DNA of 64,000 bases, from contig ML992504.1 in NCBI GenBank assembly GCA_010093995.1, positions 930,001-994,000 on the forward strand, written 5' to 3'. Below are positions 1 to 10,969 of this stretch, piece by piece. The stretch's first letter is position 1. Each line of letters starts with the position of its first letter. The DNA comes from Elsinoe ampelina (lineage: Eukaryota). A program made the position numbers and the translations under genes. The notes below the pieces were generated by a model. That model ran no database searches. It was given only the letters and a program-made list of their open reading frames with translations, and was not told where the DNA came from.

Positions 1-127
1 TTTTAGAGGTAGAGCTACTAGAGAAGATAAAGAACTAGGTAAACGTTAGGCTAAGTTACGTAATAATCTCGGTAGCTTAATTAGTCCTAACGTCCCTATA
101 TTCTAGCTGTCCTACTAGTTCGTAACA
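1..127 (+). repeat. Probable 3' end of an LTR of another RIPed retroelement inserted in element A
   Basis: Less AT-rich than the sequence that follows; ends in ...TTCGTAACA (LTR-type CA terminus) just before element A protease sequence. The partner LTR lies outside the window. Confidence 0.4.
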
Positions 128-3100
128 GAGGTATAATAATAATACTAGCTAAAGCCTTAGTATAATAAAGATATAAGTATTAAACTACTTTATCTTATAA
201 GCTTAAATATAAAAATATAAAGTAAAAGCAATAATAGATTTAGAAGCTAACTATAGCTATATTTCTATAATAATAGCTAGCTAGCTAAAATCTTATAAAT
301 AATAAAAAAAGCTACTTTACTTACTTACTATAGTAGATAGAACTTCTATAGGAAAAGATAGAAAAGTTACTTAAGAACTATAAAATATTATAATTAGAAT
401 TAATATATATATAGAAAAATAATTAATTAATATTATAGATATATAGTATAATATAATATTAAGTATAGACTAGCTTTAAGAATATAATCTAGATATAGAC
501 TAGATTAATAAAATACTTAAATTTTCTAAGTATAATTATAAGATATAAGAAGTATAATTAGCTTTATAGATACTAACTATAAGGATAGTATAGGTATAAC
601 TAATAGTTAGAGCTATTACTAGTATAAGTAATTAAATACTTTTACTAGAATATAAAGACTTTAAAGACTTATTTAAGGAAAGAGAAAGTATTATAGCTTT
701 ACTCTAATTTAAACTATAGAATTATAAAATACCTTTTAAGAAAGGTAAATCCCTAATATATTATTAAGGTCTTATATTATTATTAAAATAAAAAAAAGAA
801 TATTCTTAAGAACTATATTAATAAGTACTTACTTAAAGGATTTATATAACTATTAAAATTACTTATTATATATAAAATACTTTTTATACTTAAAAAAGAT
901 AAAATATTATAAATATATATTAATTACTAGAAACTTAATATACTTACTAAGAAGAATTACTATTTCTTACTAAGGATTAATAAACTTTAAAACTAACTAC
1001 TTAGAGCTAAATAATCTACTTTAATTAATATTAAAGATACTTATTATTAAGTATAAATAAAGAAAGATAAAAAGTAGAAAATAGCTTTTAAAATATAATA
1101 GAGTTTATATAAGTACTTTATTATACTCTTTAAGTTAACTAATATTTCTATAACCTTCTAAGAGTTAATTAATAATACTTTATAAAAATACTTTAATAAC
1201 TTTATCTTAGTATATTTAGATAATATTATTATCTTCTTAAAGATATATAATAAATATATAAGATATATTTATAAAGTACTATAGAAACTAAAAGAGAAAG
1301 ACTTACTAGTAAAACTCTTTAAGTATAAGTTTTATAAGTATAAGATATAATTTCTAAGCTATATTATATCTACTAATAGTATTAGATCTAATTTAAAAAA
1401 GATTAAATTAGTTAATAATTAGCTAGAACCTACTATAGTTAAAGAGGTTTAAGTACTACTAGGATTCTTTAACTACTACTATAAGTTTATTAAAAGGTTT
1501 TTTAAGGTAGTAATATTAATATTTGACTTTATAAAGAAAAAAACTAGCTTTATCTTTAATAAAAAATATAAATAAGCCTTTAAAGAGCTTTAGCATTAAC
1601 TAACTATAGTACTTATTTTAGTACTCTTTAACCTAGACTAATAAGCCTTACTAGAAATAGATACTTTAGACTTTATAATAGAAGTATATCTAGTATAGAA
1701 AGATATAGAAGAATAATACTACTTAATTATATATTACTTATAAAAAATAACTAGACCTAAACTTAACTATAATATATATAATAAAGAATTACTTATAATT
1801 ATAAAAGTATTCTATAAGTAGAAGATATATCTAAAAGAAATAACTTTACTAGTATAAGTCTATACTAACTATAAGAACCTTCTATATTAGATAATAACTA
1901 AAGTTCTTAATAGATAATAGGTTTAATAGTTAGAAACGCTTATAAGTTATAACTTTTAGATTTACTATATTAAAGAATTAAAAAATAGTAAAGTAGATAC
2001 TCTTAGCTACTAACTAAATTACTTAAAGAATATAATAATAATAAAGGCCTCTATACTAAAGTAGTAAGATAGTACTCTAGTCTATAAATACCTAAAGGTA
2101 GAGTAGTTATATAGCCTTACTTAGGAGCTTATATAAGAATAGAAATAGAAAGTTATTTAAATATACTATAATAACCTAATAGTAGAATATAGTAGAATTA
2201 ATAAGACTATTAAACTTATTATATAAAACTACCTATAGAAAGAACTTTAAAATAATATTAAGATATATATTATAGTATATAATATATACTATAAGTCTAA
2301 GTACTTATAATATAAGCTATATAGCTTACTATAACTCTTACTACTACTAGATAAACTATAGTAATTAGTTATAATAGACTTTATAGAACTACTACTACTA
2401 TTAGAAAAGCTTCTTATAAATATAAAATATAATAGTATTCTAGTTCTAGTAGATAGATTTATAAAGTATTACTACTTTATACTATATAAAATAATAATAA
2501 CTATTAAGGATATAGCCTTTACTTTCCTTTAAATAATTATTTTATAATATAAAGTACTATAAGACTTAATAACTAATAAGGATAAGCTATTTATATTATA
2601 ATTCTAGTAGTTATTTATAGATCTACTAAAAGTTAAATATAAGCTATTAACTTTCTTTTATCTATAAATAGATAAATAAACTAAATAAGTAAATTAAGTA
2701 CTAAAGTAGTACTTATACTACTACTTAAACTATAAGTAAGATTTATAAGTAATACTATTACTACTTATAGAGCTTACTATTAATAATAGAAAGTTAGTAA
2801 ATAGAGTTTTACTATTCTATATAAACTATAGAATATACTTAGATTTATACTATAATATACTTAGAATTAAACTAATATTTAAGAGTATAAATATACTAGT
2901 AGCTAATATTAAAAAGTTATATAACTAGCTATACTAAAATATAGTATTTATATTATAAAGAATATTAGATTTTACTAACTAGAAGAGAATTATAAGACTA
3001 ATTCTATAAGAGGAAAAGAAAGTTTATCTCCTTAGTAAAAATATTAAAATAAAATAACTAAGTAAGAAACTTAACTATACTAAACTAAGATTCTTTAAGA

Positions 3101-3151
3101 TCTTAGAGAAGAAAAATAAAAATATATATAAATTAGAACTACTTAGATATA

Positions 3152-3624
3152 TAGGGTGGTTTTTGGGTACCTAATGCAACCCAACTAGACCCTAGATTTA
3201 GCCTAACAGAGTTATATTACCCTGTAAAAATTTCGCTTCACTTTCGCGTTTCTCGTGATTTACCGCGTTAATCTCGGCTAAATCTAGGTAATATATATAT
3301 TATTAGAATCTACAAAAAAATGCGCACTGAATGGTATATAGCATGCTTACATAATATAAAACTCTAATTTTAGAAAGAAAGCTAACCTTTTTAAATACTT
3401 ATATAAAATCGAGCTTTTGGATTATGTAAGCATGCTATATACCATTCAGTGCGCATTTTTTTGTAAATTCTAATAATATATATATTACCTAGATTTAGCC
3501 GAGATTAACGCGGTAAATCACGAGAAACGCGAAAGTGAAGCGAAATTTTTATAGGGTAATATAACTCTATTAGGCTAAATCTAGGGTCTAGTTAGGTTGC
3601 ATTAGGTACCTAAAAACCACCCTA
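3152..3624. mobile_element. Non-autonomous hAT-like MITE / foldback element (473 bp, ~220-bp inverted arms)
   Basis: TAGGGTGGTTTTTGGGTACCTAATGCAAC... at 3152 is the reverse complement of ...GTTGCATTAGGTACCTAAAAACCACCCTA ending at 3624. Flanked by the 8-bp direct repeat TAGATATA (3144-3151, 3625-3632). Removing the element plus one TSD copy restores the integrase frame of element A. Confidence 0.9.
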
Positions 3625-3675
3625 TAGATATATAAGGATCTACTTAGTCTTTTATATATTACTACTAGAGAAAGT

Positions 3676-3873
3676 TATAAGGACTAATATAGTAAGTATA
3701 CTATACTAGCTTACTCTAGAGATACTATTCTCCGTAGAAGAATAAAACACTCCTCGCCTACAGAATAGATAGAGCAGAGATTAGTCTTACGATAATCGAG
3801 GGTACACTAGTATAACACCTGTTCTACTCCTATATACTTGTCTTTCTAGCTCTAATATTCTACCTTTATTATA
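3676..3873 (+). repeat. 5' LTR of element B
   Basis: TATAAGGACTAA...TTATA (RIPed TG..CA ends); aligns without gaps to 10772-10969, differing by C/T and G/A transitions. Confidence 0.95.
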
Positions 3874-3900
3874 ATTCTAATCTCTCTTATATTCTATTAG

Positions 3901-6900
3901 ATAGAGCTATATAAACAAGATAGCACCCTGTGCTTAGCGCTAGCGAAACAACTAACTGCTGCTAGAGTAGTACTAGCATAGACAACTCTCTAATAGCTTA
4001 GCTATTAGCGAGACATTTACTAAATTAGCTATAACTCTAGAGATAACCCCTATTAAAGATCGCTAGGCTAGGGAAGAGCTAGTGCTAAGACTACACTACG
4101 CTAATATAGCTCCTATAGGAAGTATAGCTAACACGAGAAATAATGCTATATACAAAGCGCTTCTTACTTATATCGCTTAGCTTAAAAATACACTTAATAG
4201 TTGCTTCCTAGTTATAGCGCTAGTACTACGTAGTTGTTTTAACAATGTATAACCTAACGACATTCGCCTAACAAACCTGCAAATCGTAAGAGAGTATATA
4301 CTAAACTTATACTACTTCGAGGCCTTAGAGTCTACTATTATAGTAAGAGTTAAGGAATTTATATATATATATAATAACGTCTTTAAGATAGTACTAAATA
4401 TCTACTTTAAAGAAGTTACTTAGTGCTATATAGCTACTAGCTACTTAAAAGGTTAGCTTAGCTACAATTAGGACTTGTATACTAAGAGTATTAGCGTTAT
4501 ACTCTCGTAGAGCCTAATATAGTCCTAGCTTTAGGACTAAGCCTAGAGTCCCGAAAACTATAGTAATAGCTACGTAGTAAAGTTCTTTACGTCGCGCTAG
4601 TATAGAGAATAGTTAATTACTAATTTCTATATGTTCCTCGATAGTTACGAGTTCTATATTAAGATAGCGCCGCTCTCGGATAATGCCTGCTATATATAGC
4701 TTATTACCTATACTACGCTAGAGCTACGCTTAGAAGTACTCCGTTAGGGGAACCTACCCCTAATTAAGGCAGAACTTCTAGTATATCTATCCTATTTAGA
4801 GTAGAACCTACCGGGCTACTTTAACCCTATATAGGGGTAGTATAAGCGTAACGCTAGAGAGAAGACTAATACTTTTACTAAAAGGCCTTACTATAACAAA
4901 GACTATAAGGGCCAAAAGGACTAGTAGAGTAGCACTAACGCTACCTCTATAGCTCCTTAACCTAGCGCTACTTACCCTTATAACATCTATAAGAGCCTAG
5001 ACTATTAGGCGCTAAACTGTCTCTAGAAGAACTCTTTAAAATAGATAGTGTCCTTACGTTTGCTAATTCTAAGTAGCTCTAGCGTAATACGAGATATGTG
5101 TTAAATTTGCACTAATATTATAGTTAACCTACCTAAAGGCTCTATTAAAGGGGTAGCTCTAATAGATAGTAGTGCCGATAGTAACTTTATTAGCTAGTAT
5201 TTTGCTATATGCTATTATATCGCTGTCGACCCCCTAGTAGTATACTAAGTATATAGCTTAGACAAATACAAATTAACTATCTATAGATATACTAAGTTAG
5301 CCTTTACTATTAAGAATAGTAAAGAAACAACGTAAGTGTTACGCTAGCAGTTTAAAAGCGTTAATATAACTAGTTATAATCTTATATTAGGCCTACTATA
5401 GCTATTGTCCTATAACTCTAAGATTTAGTAGAGCGCTAGTATATAGAGGCATTATACTAGCGCTATATAGGTATTAATTCTAGATATACTCTTCTTCTCC
5501 TAGGAGCTAAATTAGTCTAACGCCTAGCTCTACCTAGTATATATATACTAGGACGAACCTAGTGCCCTAACTCTACTATACTAGCTTAACAACTACGTAG
5601 ATGTTTTTAATAAGAGCATAGTAATAGCGCTACTAGGTAACAATTTTACTTACTTTATTAATATTAAAGAGAGAGAATAGCTACTCTAGGGACCTATCTA
5701 CCTCCTTAGTAAAAAGGAGCTTTAGGTACTTCGAGAGTATATAGATAATAGCTTAGTAATAGGTTAACTCTAGTATAGTACTAGCTCTACGGGGTTTCCT
5801 ATCCTATTCGTTCCTAAGAAGAATAATTCGCTACGCCTATATATTAACTATTATAGGCTAAACAATGTTACTGTTAAGAACTATTACCCCTTACCTCTAA
5901 TTGCTAAGATACTTAATTACATCGAGGGCGTATACTTATTTAGCAAGCTAGACCTTATAGATGCCTACTATAGGGTATGTATCTAGCGTAGCAATAAATA
6001 GAAGATAGTATTCCGCTATTGCTATAGCTACTTTAAATATACCGTTATGCCTTTTAGCCTTACTAACGCTCTAGCTACGTTCTAGGCTTATATATATTAG
6101 TGCTTAAGTAGCTTAGTAGACTACTACTATATTATATACCTAGATAATATTCTAATCTACGCTAGCAACGAGTAAGAGTATTACTAGGCTATTAGGAGCG
6201 TACTAGACTACCTACGTAAAAATAGCCTCTATATAAAACTAAAGAAGTATAACTTCGAGGTAATATAGGTAGTATTTCTAGGCTATATTATTAGTAGTAA
6301 TAGCGTTATAATAGAGTAGCCCTAGGTATAAGCCGTCGCTAACTAGCCTACCTCTACTAGCCTTAAGGAGTTATAAACCTTTCTTAGATTTGCTAATTTC
6401 TACTATTAATTTATTAAGAGCTTCTTTTATATAGCGCTACTACTAACTATACTTATGTAAGAGTTAGTCTAAGGGAAGTAAGTAGGCCTATTTCTATAAA
6501 GTAATAACGTAGTATAGGCCTTTAATAGGCTTAAAGCTGCCTTTATATAAGTACCTATACTATACTACTTTTTATTAGGTAAGCCTCTCTAGCTCGAGAC
6601 TAACGCTTTAAATTTTATACTCTCTAGAGTAATCTTCTAGTAAAACGAAAGTAACACCCCTACGTAATACTAGTACTCTATAGCGTTCTAGTTCCGAAAG
6701 CTATAAGGTATAGAACTAAACTACACTACCTATAACAAAGAGCTTCTCGCTATTATAGAAGCGGCATAGCACTAGCGCTAGTACCTACTTAGCGCTACTA
6801 CTCCGATTAAAGTCCTCTTTAACTATAATAACCTTAGGTATTTCCTAACTACTAAGAAGCTTTTATAGCGCTAGGCCTACTACGCCGAGGTACTAGCGTA

Positions 6901-9049
6901 GTTTAATATTGTTATTTAGCACTATAGTAGGAAGACTAACCTAGCTAATAGCCTATTATATAGGCCTAACTACTATAAGTATAAAGAAGATACATAGGAA
7001 GAGTGCTATATATTAGTTCTCCTCTTAGAGTAAGTATTATAAATATAAAGCAAAGGAGTTATACCTATATCTATTATAGATAAGGAACCTAAGGCTAGTA
7101 GAGCCTAGGAAGATAGTAATAAAGCTAGTATAGCTTATATACCTTAAACTACTCCCTAACGTAACGCGCTTATATAATTCTAATATACCTCTAGAATAGC
7201 GCCTATAAGTCTACCTATTACCTTAGGAGCGCTATAGCTATACTAAGAAGAGTTAGAGCCTCTAGAGTAAGAAGAGTAGTGCCTAGAGAGCACTTACGTA
7301 AACCTTTCTCTAAGCCTAACTAGTAATATTAAATTAGGATAATATATATCTACTTTAGCATCTTAGAACATGCCGCTACTTGCCTAGGAAATAATAGAGA
7401 GCTAAGGGTATAAAGACGGTATAACGCCTACGTAACTCTAGAACACCTCTAGTAGAAAGCCTACTATAATTTTAAACTAGAGTTAGTAGATTATATACCT
7501 CTACGCTACGTAAGTACTAGCGGATAAGACTATATATACCTCTTCTACTCCTATGTCGCTTCGGGACCTTATCTATATAGTATAGTAAAGGGACACCTTT
7601 ACTTATAGCAAGAAATAGAAACTTCTAAAAGAGAGAACCTTAACTAGTAATAGTGCTACCTCTAAGTAGAGCCTATCTAGTAATAGCTTACTCTAGAACG
7701 GAGATAGGGTATATATCCTAGAAGAAACTACCTTAAGAGTAGAGCTTATATAGCACAATTATAATAACCCCTTAGAGAGTTACTTTAGCTATACTAAGAC
7801 CTACCTTAATATAAGGAGAAAGTACTAGTAGCTAGGTATATCTATTGCTATAAAAGTGTATATCGAGCGCTACGATAGCTACTAAAGGCATAAGGTAATA
7901 TAGTATAAGCCTTATAGCCTTCTATAACTCTTACTAATCCTACTTATACTCGAGGCCTTATAACACTAGTTGCTTAATTTTATTACTAGCTTACCCCTAG
8001 TAGAGCTCTAGCCTAGTATTATTATAGACGCGATTATCGTGTATATCTATTACTTATCTAAGTTTAGTATCTATACGCCGACGTTAACTAAGCTTAACGC
8101 TAGGGACTTTACTAATCTATTTAAAATAGATATTATAACGTTGTTCGGAACGCTAAAGATACTAGTCTTAGATAGAGAGTCTATCTTTATAAGCAAATTC
8201 TAGAGTGCGCTATACTAGCGCTAGAAGGCGTAATATAAGCTTAGTATTAGTTTCTATCTATAGATAGACAGCTAAACTAAAAGGCAAAACTAGACGCTAG
8301 AGTAGTACCTACGCTACTTTATTAACTATTACTAGACGGACTAGCCGTACTAGGTTAAGTAGGCGCAATTCGTGTATAATAATACGTATTAAGCGTTACT
8401 ATACACTACGCTAGTATAGTTCTTATTTATATAGGAGATATGCCTACTCAACAACATTAAGGCGCTAGCGCTACCTAGCTACGTACTAGCGTATAACTTA
8501 TCGGTTAATAACTAAGTGTAATCTATTACCGAAACGTATATAGAGCTTGCCCGACACCTACGTAAAGCATAGAAAGACTAAGCGCTAGCCTATAATAGAG
8601 GTTAATAAGTAAAAGTCTTCTATAATAGCGACGAGGTTATACTTAGCACTAAGAACCTTTATAGCGCTAGACCTAGCTATAAGCTATTAGCTAAGTATAT
8701 TAGCCTATTTATAATTGTATAACGAATTAGTACGTAGGTATATAAGCTACGCTTACTAGATAAAATAAAGCTAATCTATAACGTCTTTAATATTGCGCTA
8801 CTAGAGCTATATAGGCATAGTAAGAGCGTACGCCTACTACCCCTAGAGATAGAAGGGCAGGAAGAATATATTATTAAACATATCCTTAGCAAGAGCTATA
8901 CTAGCACTCTAAAGGCACTATACTACCTAGTAAAGTAGTAGGGTTACTCTATAGAAGAAAGTATATAGGAGCTAGTAAAAAACCTTATAAACGCTAAGAA
9001 ATTACTATACAAATATAAGGTAGCTTAGTATAAGTATAGCGCTAGCTAA
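3901..9049 (+). pseudogene. gag-pol of element B (RIP-inactivated)
   Basis: CX2CX4HX4C remnant ~4979-5020; ALIDS(G)ADSNF ~5156-5188; YLD(D)IL ~6137; LET(D)AS-like ~6593; integrase H.(H)(DD)PL(GG)(H)F ~7754; chromodomain EEYI.(E)HIL ~8861. Boundaries are approximate. Confidence 0.9.
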
Positions 9050-9241
9050 ATACTCTAGACACACTTAGAATTAACAAGTTAAAGGTATAAATTTTAAAGT
9101 AAAGAGCACCTAGGCGTAGCGCTAGGTTAGCTCGGAGTATTATTAGCTTATATAGGGAGAACACTAGCGTAGCGAAAACTATAGAATTATACCGAAGTAA
9201 AGAGGGTATAGCGTAGGCGTAGTGCCCTAGCTCTCTCTATC

Positions 9242-10112
9242 TTAACTATCTATATTATCTACCTTAGTCTTATCCTTATTATTCTCCTTAACACTATTAA
9301 TATACCTAGTTAGCGCCCTTATAGTATTATTAATTACCTATATAGTAGCGGCTTACTTATTCTTAGTAACTATCTATAAAGAAGTTAGTATAACTTAGGC
9401 GTTATAGAGGTATACTTCTAGACTTATATAACTAGCTAAAGCCTTAAGTATAAAGCTAGTATTACTAATTATACCTAGGCGTAGCGCCTTTACTAGCTGC
9501 TTAGTATTAACTTTAGGGGTAGAGGGCGTAGTAATAGTACTATTATAGCGTAAAGAAGTTACACTATTACTATTACTCTTATTAACTACCTTGCCCTTGC
9601 CCTTAGCATTAGACTTGCTCTATATACGCTTAGCGCTAGCCTTCTTACGTATATAGTTAGCGTAGGTAGTAATCTAGCGCTTTAGGAGAATAATGTTCTT
9701 CTTAGGAGTAGTAGCGTTATTACAGAGTAGTATATACATAGCGAAGTATTTATTCTAGAGCTTCTTAGTAGTAACTTAATTCTTAGAGTTAAGCTTAGTA
9801 GGCTACTAAGATTAGTATAGAGTAGGCATAGTATAGGCGTAGAGTATACCTAGTAGTAGTGTTTATTACTATAACTATAACAATTATAGCAAGTAGCCTT
9901 AGCCTTAGTAATCTAGTAGAGGGAATTCTTAATAGGGAGTGTGCTATCTTTAAGCTAGAGGTGCTTATTAATAGTAATAGCGTAGCGTAAGTATAGTATA
10001 GAGTACTAGTCCTAGTTAGTAAAATTGCTCTTATAAGGTCTATAAAAGGTTAGCGCTAGCGTAGCGTAAGTGCTACATATAATACTTACTCCTTAGAAAC
10101 TTTAGGGGCTAT
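9242..10112 (-). pseudogene. Spliced antisense accessory gene inside element B (3 coding exons, ~258 aa, Cys6/Zn-cluster-like N-terminus, basic middle, acidic tail), RIP-damaged
   Basis: Exons 10112-10090, 10039-9850 and 9805-9242 join in frame (777 nt). Introns are GTAAGT..GCTAAC..TAG and GTATAC..CTAAT..TAG. Start context is ACAACT-ATA-GCC (RIPed ATG). All internal stops are TAA/TAG, which RIP of CAA/CAG/TGG would explain. Confidence 0.7.
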
Positions 10113-10755
10113 AGTTGTTAAAGTATATAAGCGTATAGGAGGTAAGCTAGCGTAGAGCTAGAATAATAAAAGGAAAAAAAATTTTTACTATATAGGTACT
10201 ATACTAGATTAGTAAACAAACAACTAAATAGATAAGCCCGATAGCTAGATCTATAGTAGTATAGGCTTAGTATATACGCTAAGCCTCCCCTACTAGCCCT
10301 TAGGCTAGTAAGACTTAGTCTATACTATATAGCACCTAAAATAGATTACTAGTATAGTGTTAGACCTACGTAAGTATAGAGCTAGTATTAAGTAGAATAC
10401 TTACGCGAAGGAAGTATTATAAAGGAGAAAAGAAGGAGAGAAGAAGAAGAGAAAAATATATATCTAGCTCTAAGCTAAGACTAATCCGGAGAATAATAGG
10501 TAGTAGTATATAATAATAAGTAGATTCTTATATATAAAGATAACAACATAAGAGCGCTATATTCCATATGTAAAGATTATACTATTATTACTACATCTAG
10601 TATATAAAGAATAGTATAGGCTACTATAGGTGCGCTATATATGTAAAGAGTATACTACGCCTAAGAGGCACTAGCGAGACACTCTTTTCTAGTTTTCTCC
10701 TATACTAGGTTTTCTAGGTTTTATCGAGGCTTATAGGCGTAAGAGCGCGCCCCTC

Positions 10756-10770
10756 GAAGGGGAAGAATAA
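10756..10770 (+). promoter_or_regulatory. Polypurine tract of element B
   Basis: GAAGGGGAAGAATAA directly upstream of the 3' LTR. Confidence 0.8.
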
Positions 10771-10771
10771 T

Positions 10772-10969
10772 TATAAGGACTAACGTAGTAAGTACGCTAT
10801 ACTAGCTTACTCCGGAGATACTATTCTCCGTAGAAGAATAAAACACTTCTTGCCTATAGAATAGATAGAGTAGAGATTAGTCTTACAACAATTGAGAGTA
10901 TACTAGTATAACACCTATTCTACTTCTATACACTTGTCTTCCTAGCTCTAATATTCTACCTTCGTTATA
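10772..10969 (+). repeat. 3' LTR of element B
   Basis: Direct repeat of 3676-3873, followed by TSD AAAGT. Confidence 0.95.

Larger units (their letters stand above)
3676..10969 (+). mobile_element. Element B: full-length RIP-mutated Ty3/gypsy chromovirus LTR retrotransposon (~7.3 kb)
   Basis: Two 198-bp LTRs; 5-bp TSD AAAGT (3671-3675, 10970-10974); polypurine tract before the 3' LTR; gag zinc knuckle followed by PR-RT-RH-IN-chromodomain. Confidence 0.95.

Noticed and set aside
3150..3626. Tc1/mariner assignment (TA TSD) for the palindromic MITE
   Set aside because: The duplication extends to 8 bp (TAGATATA), and removing 8 bp is what restores the host integrase motif, which favours hAT.
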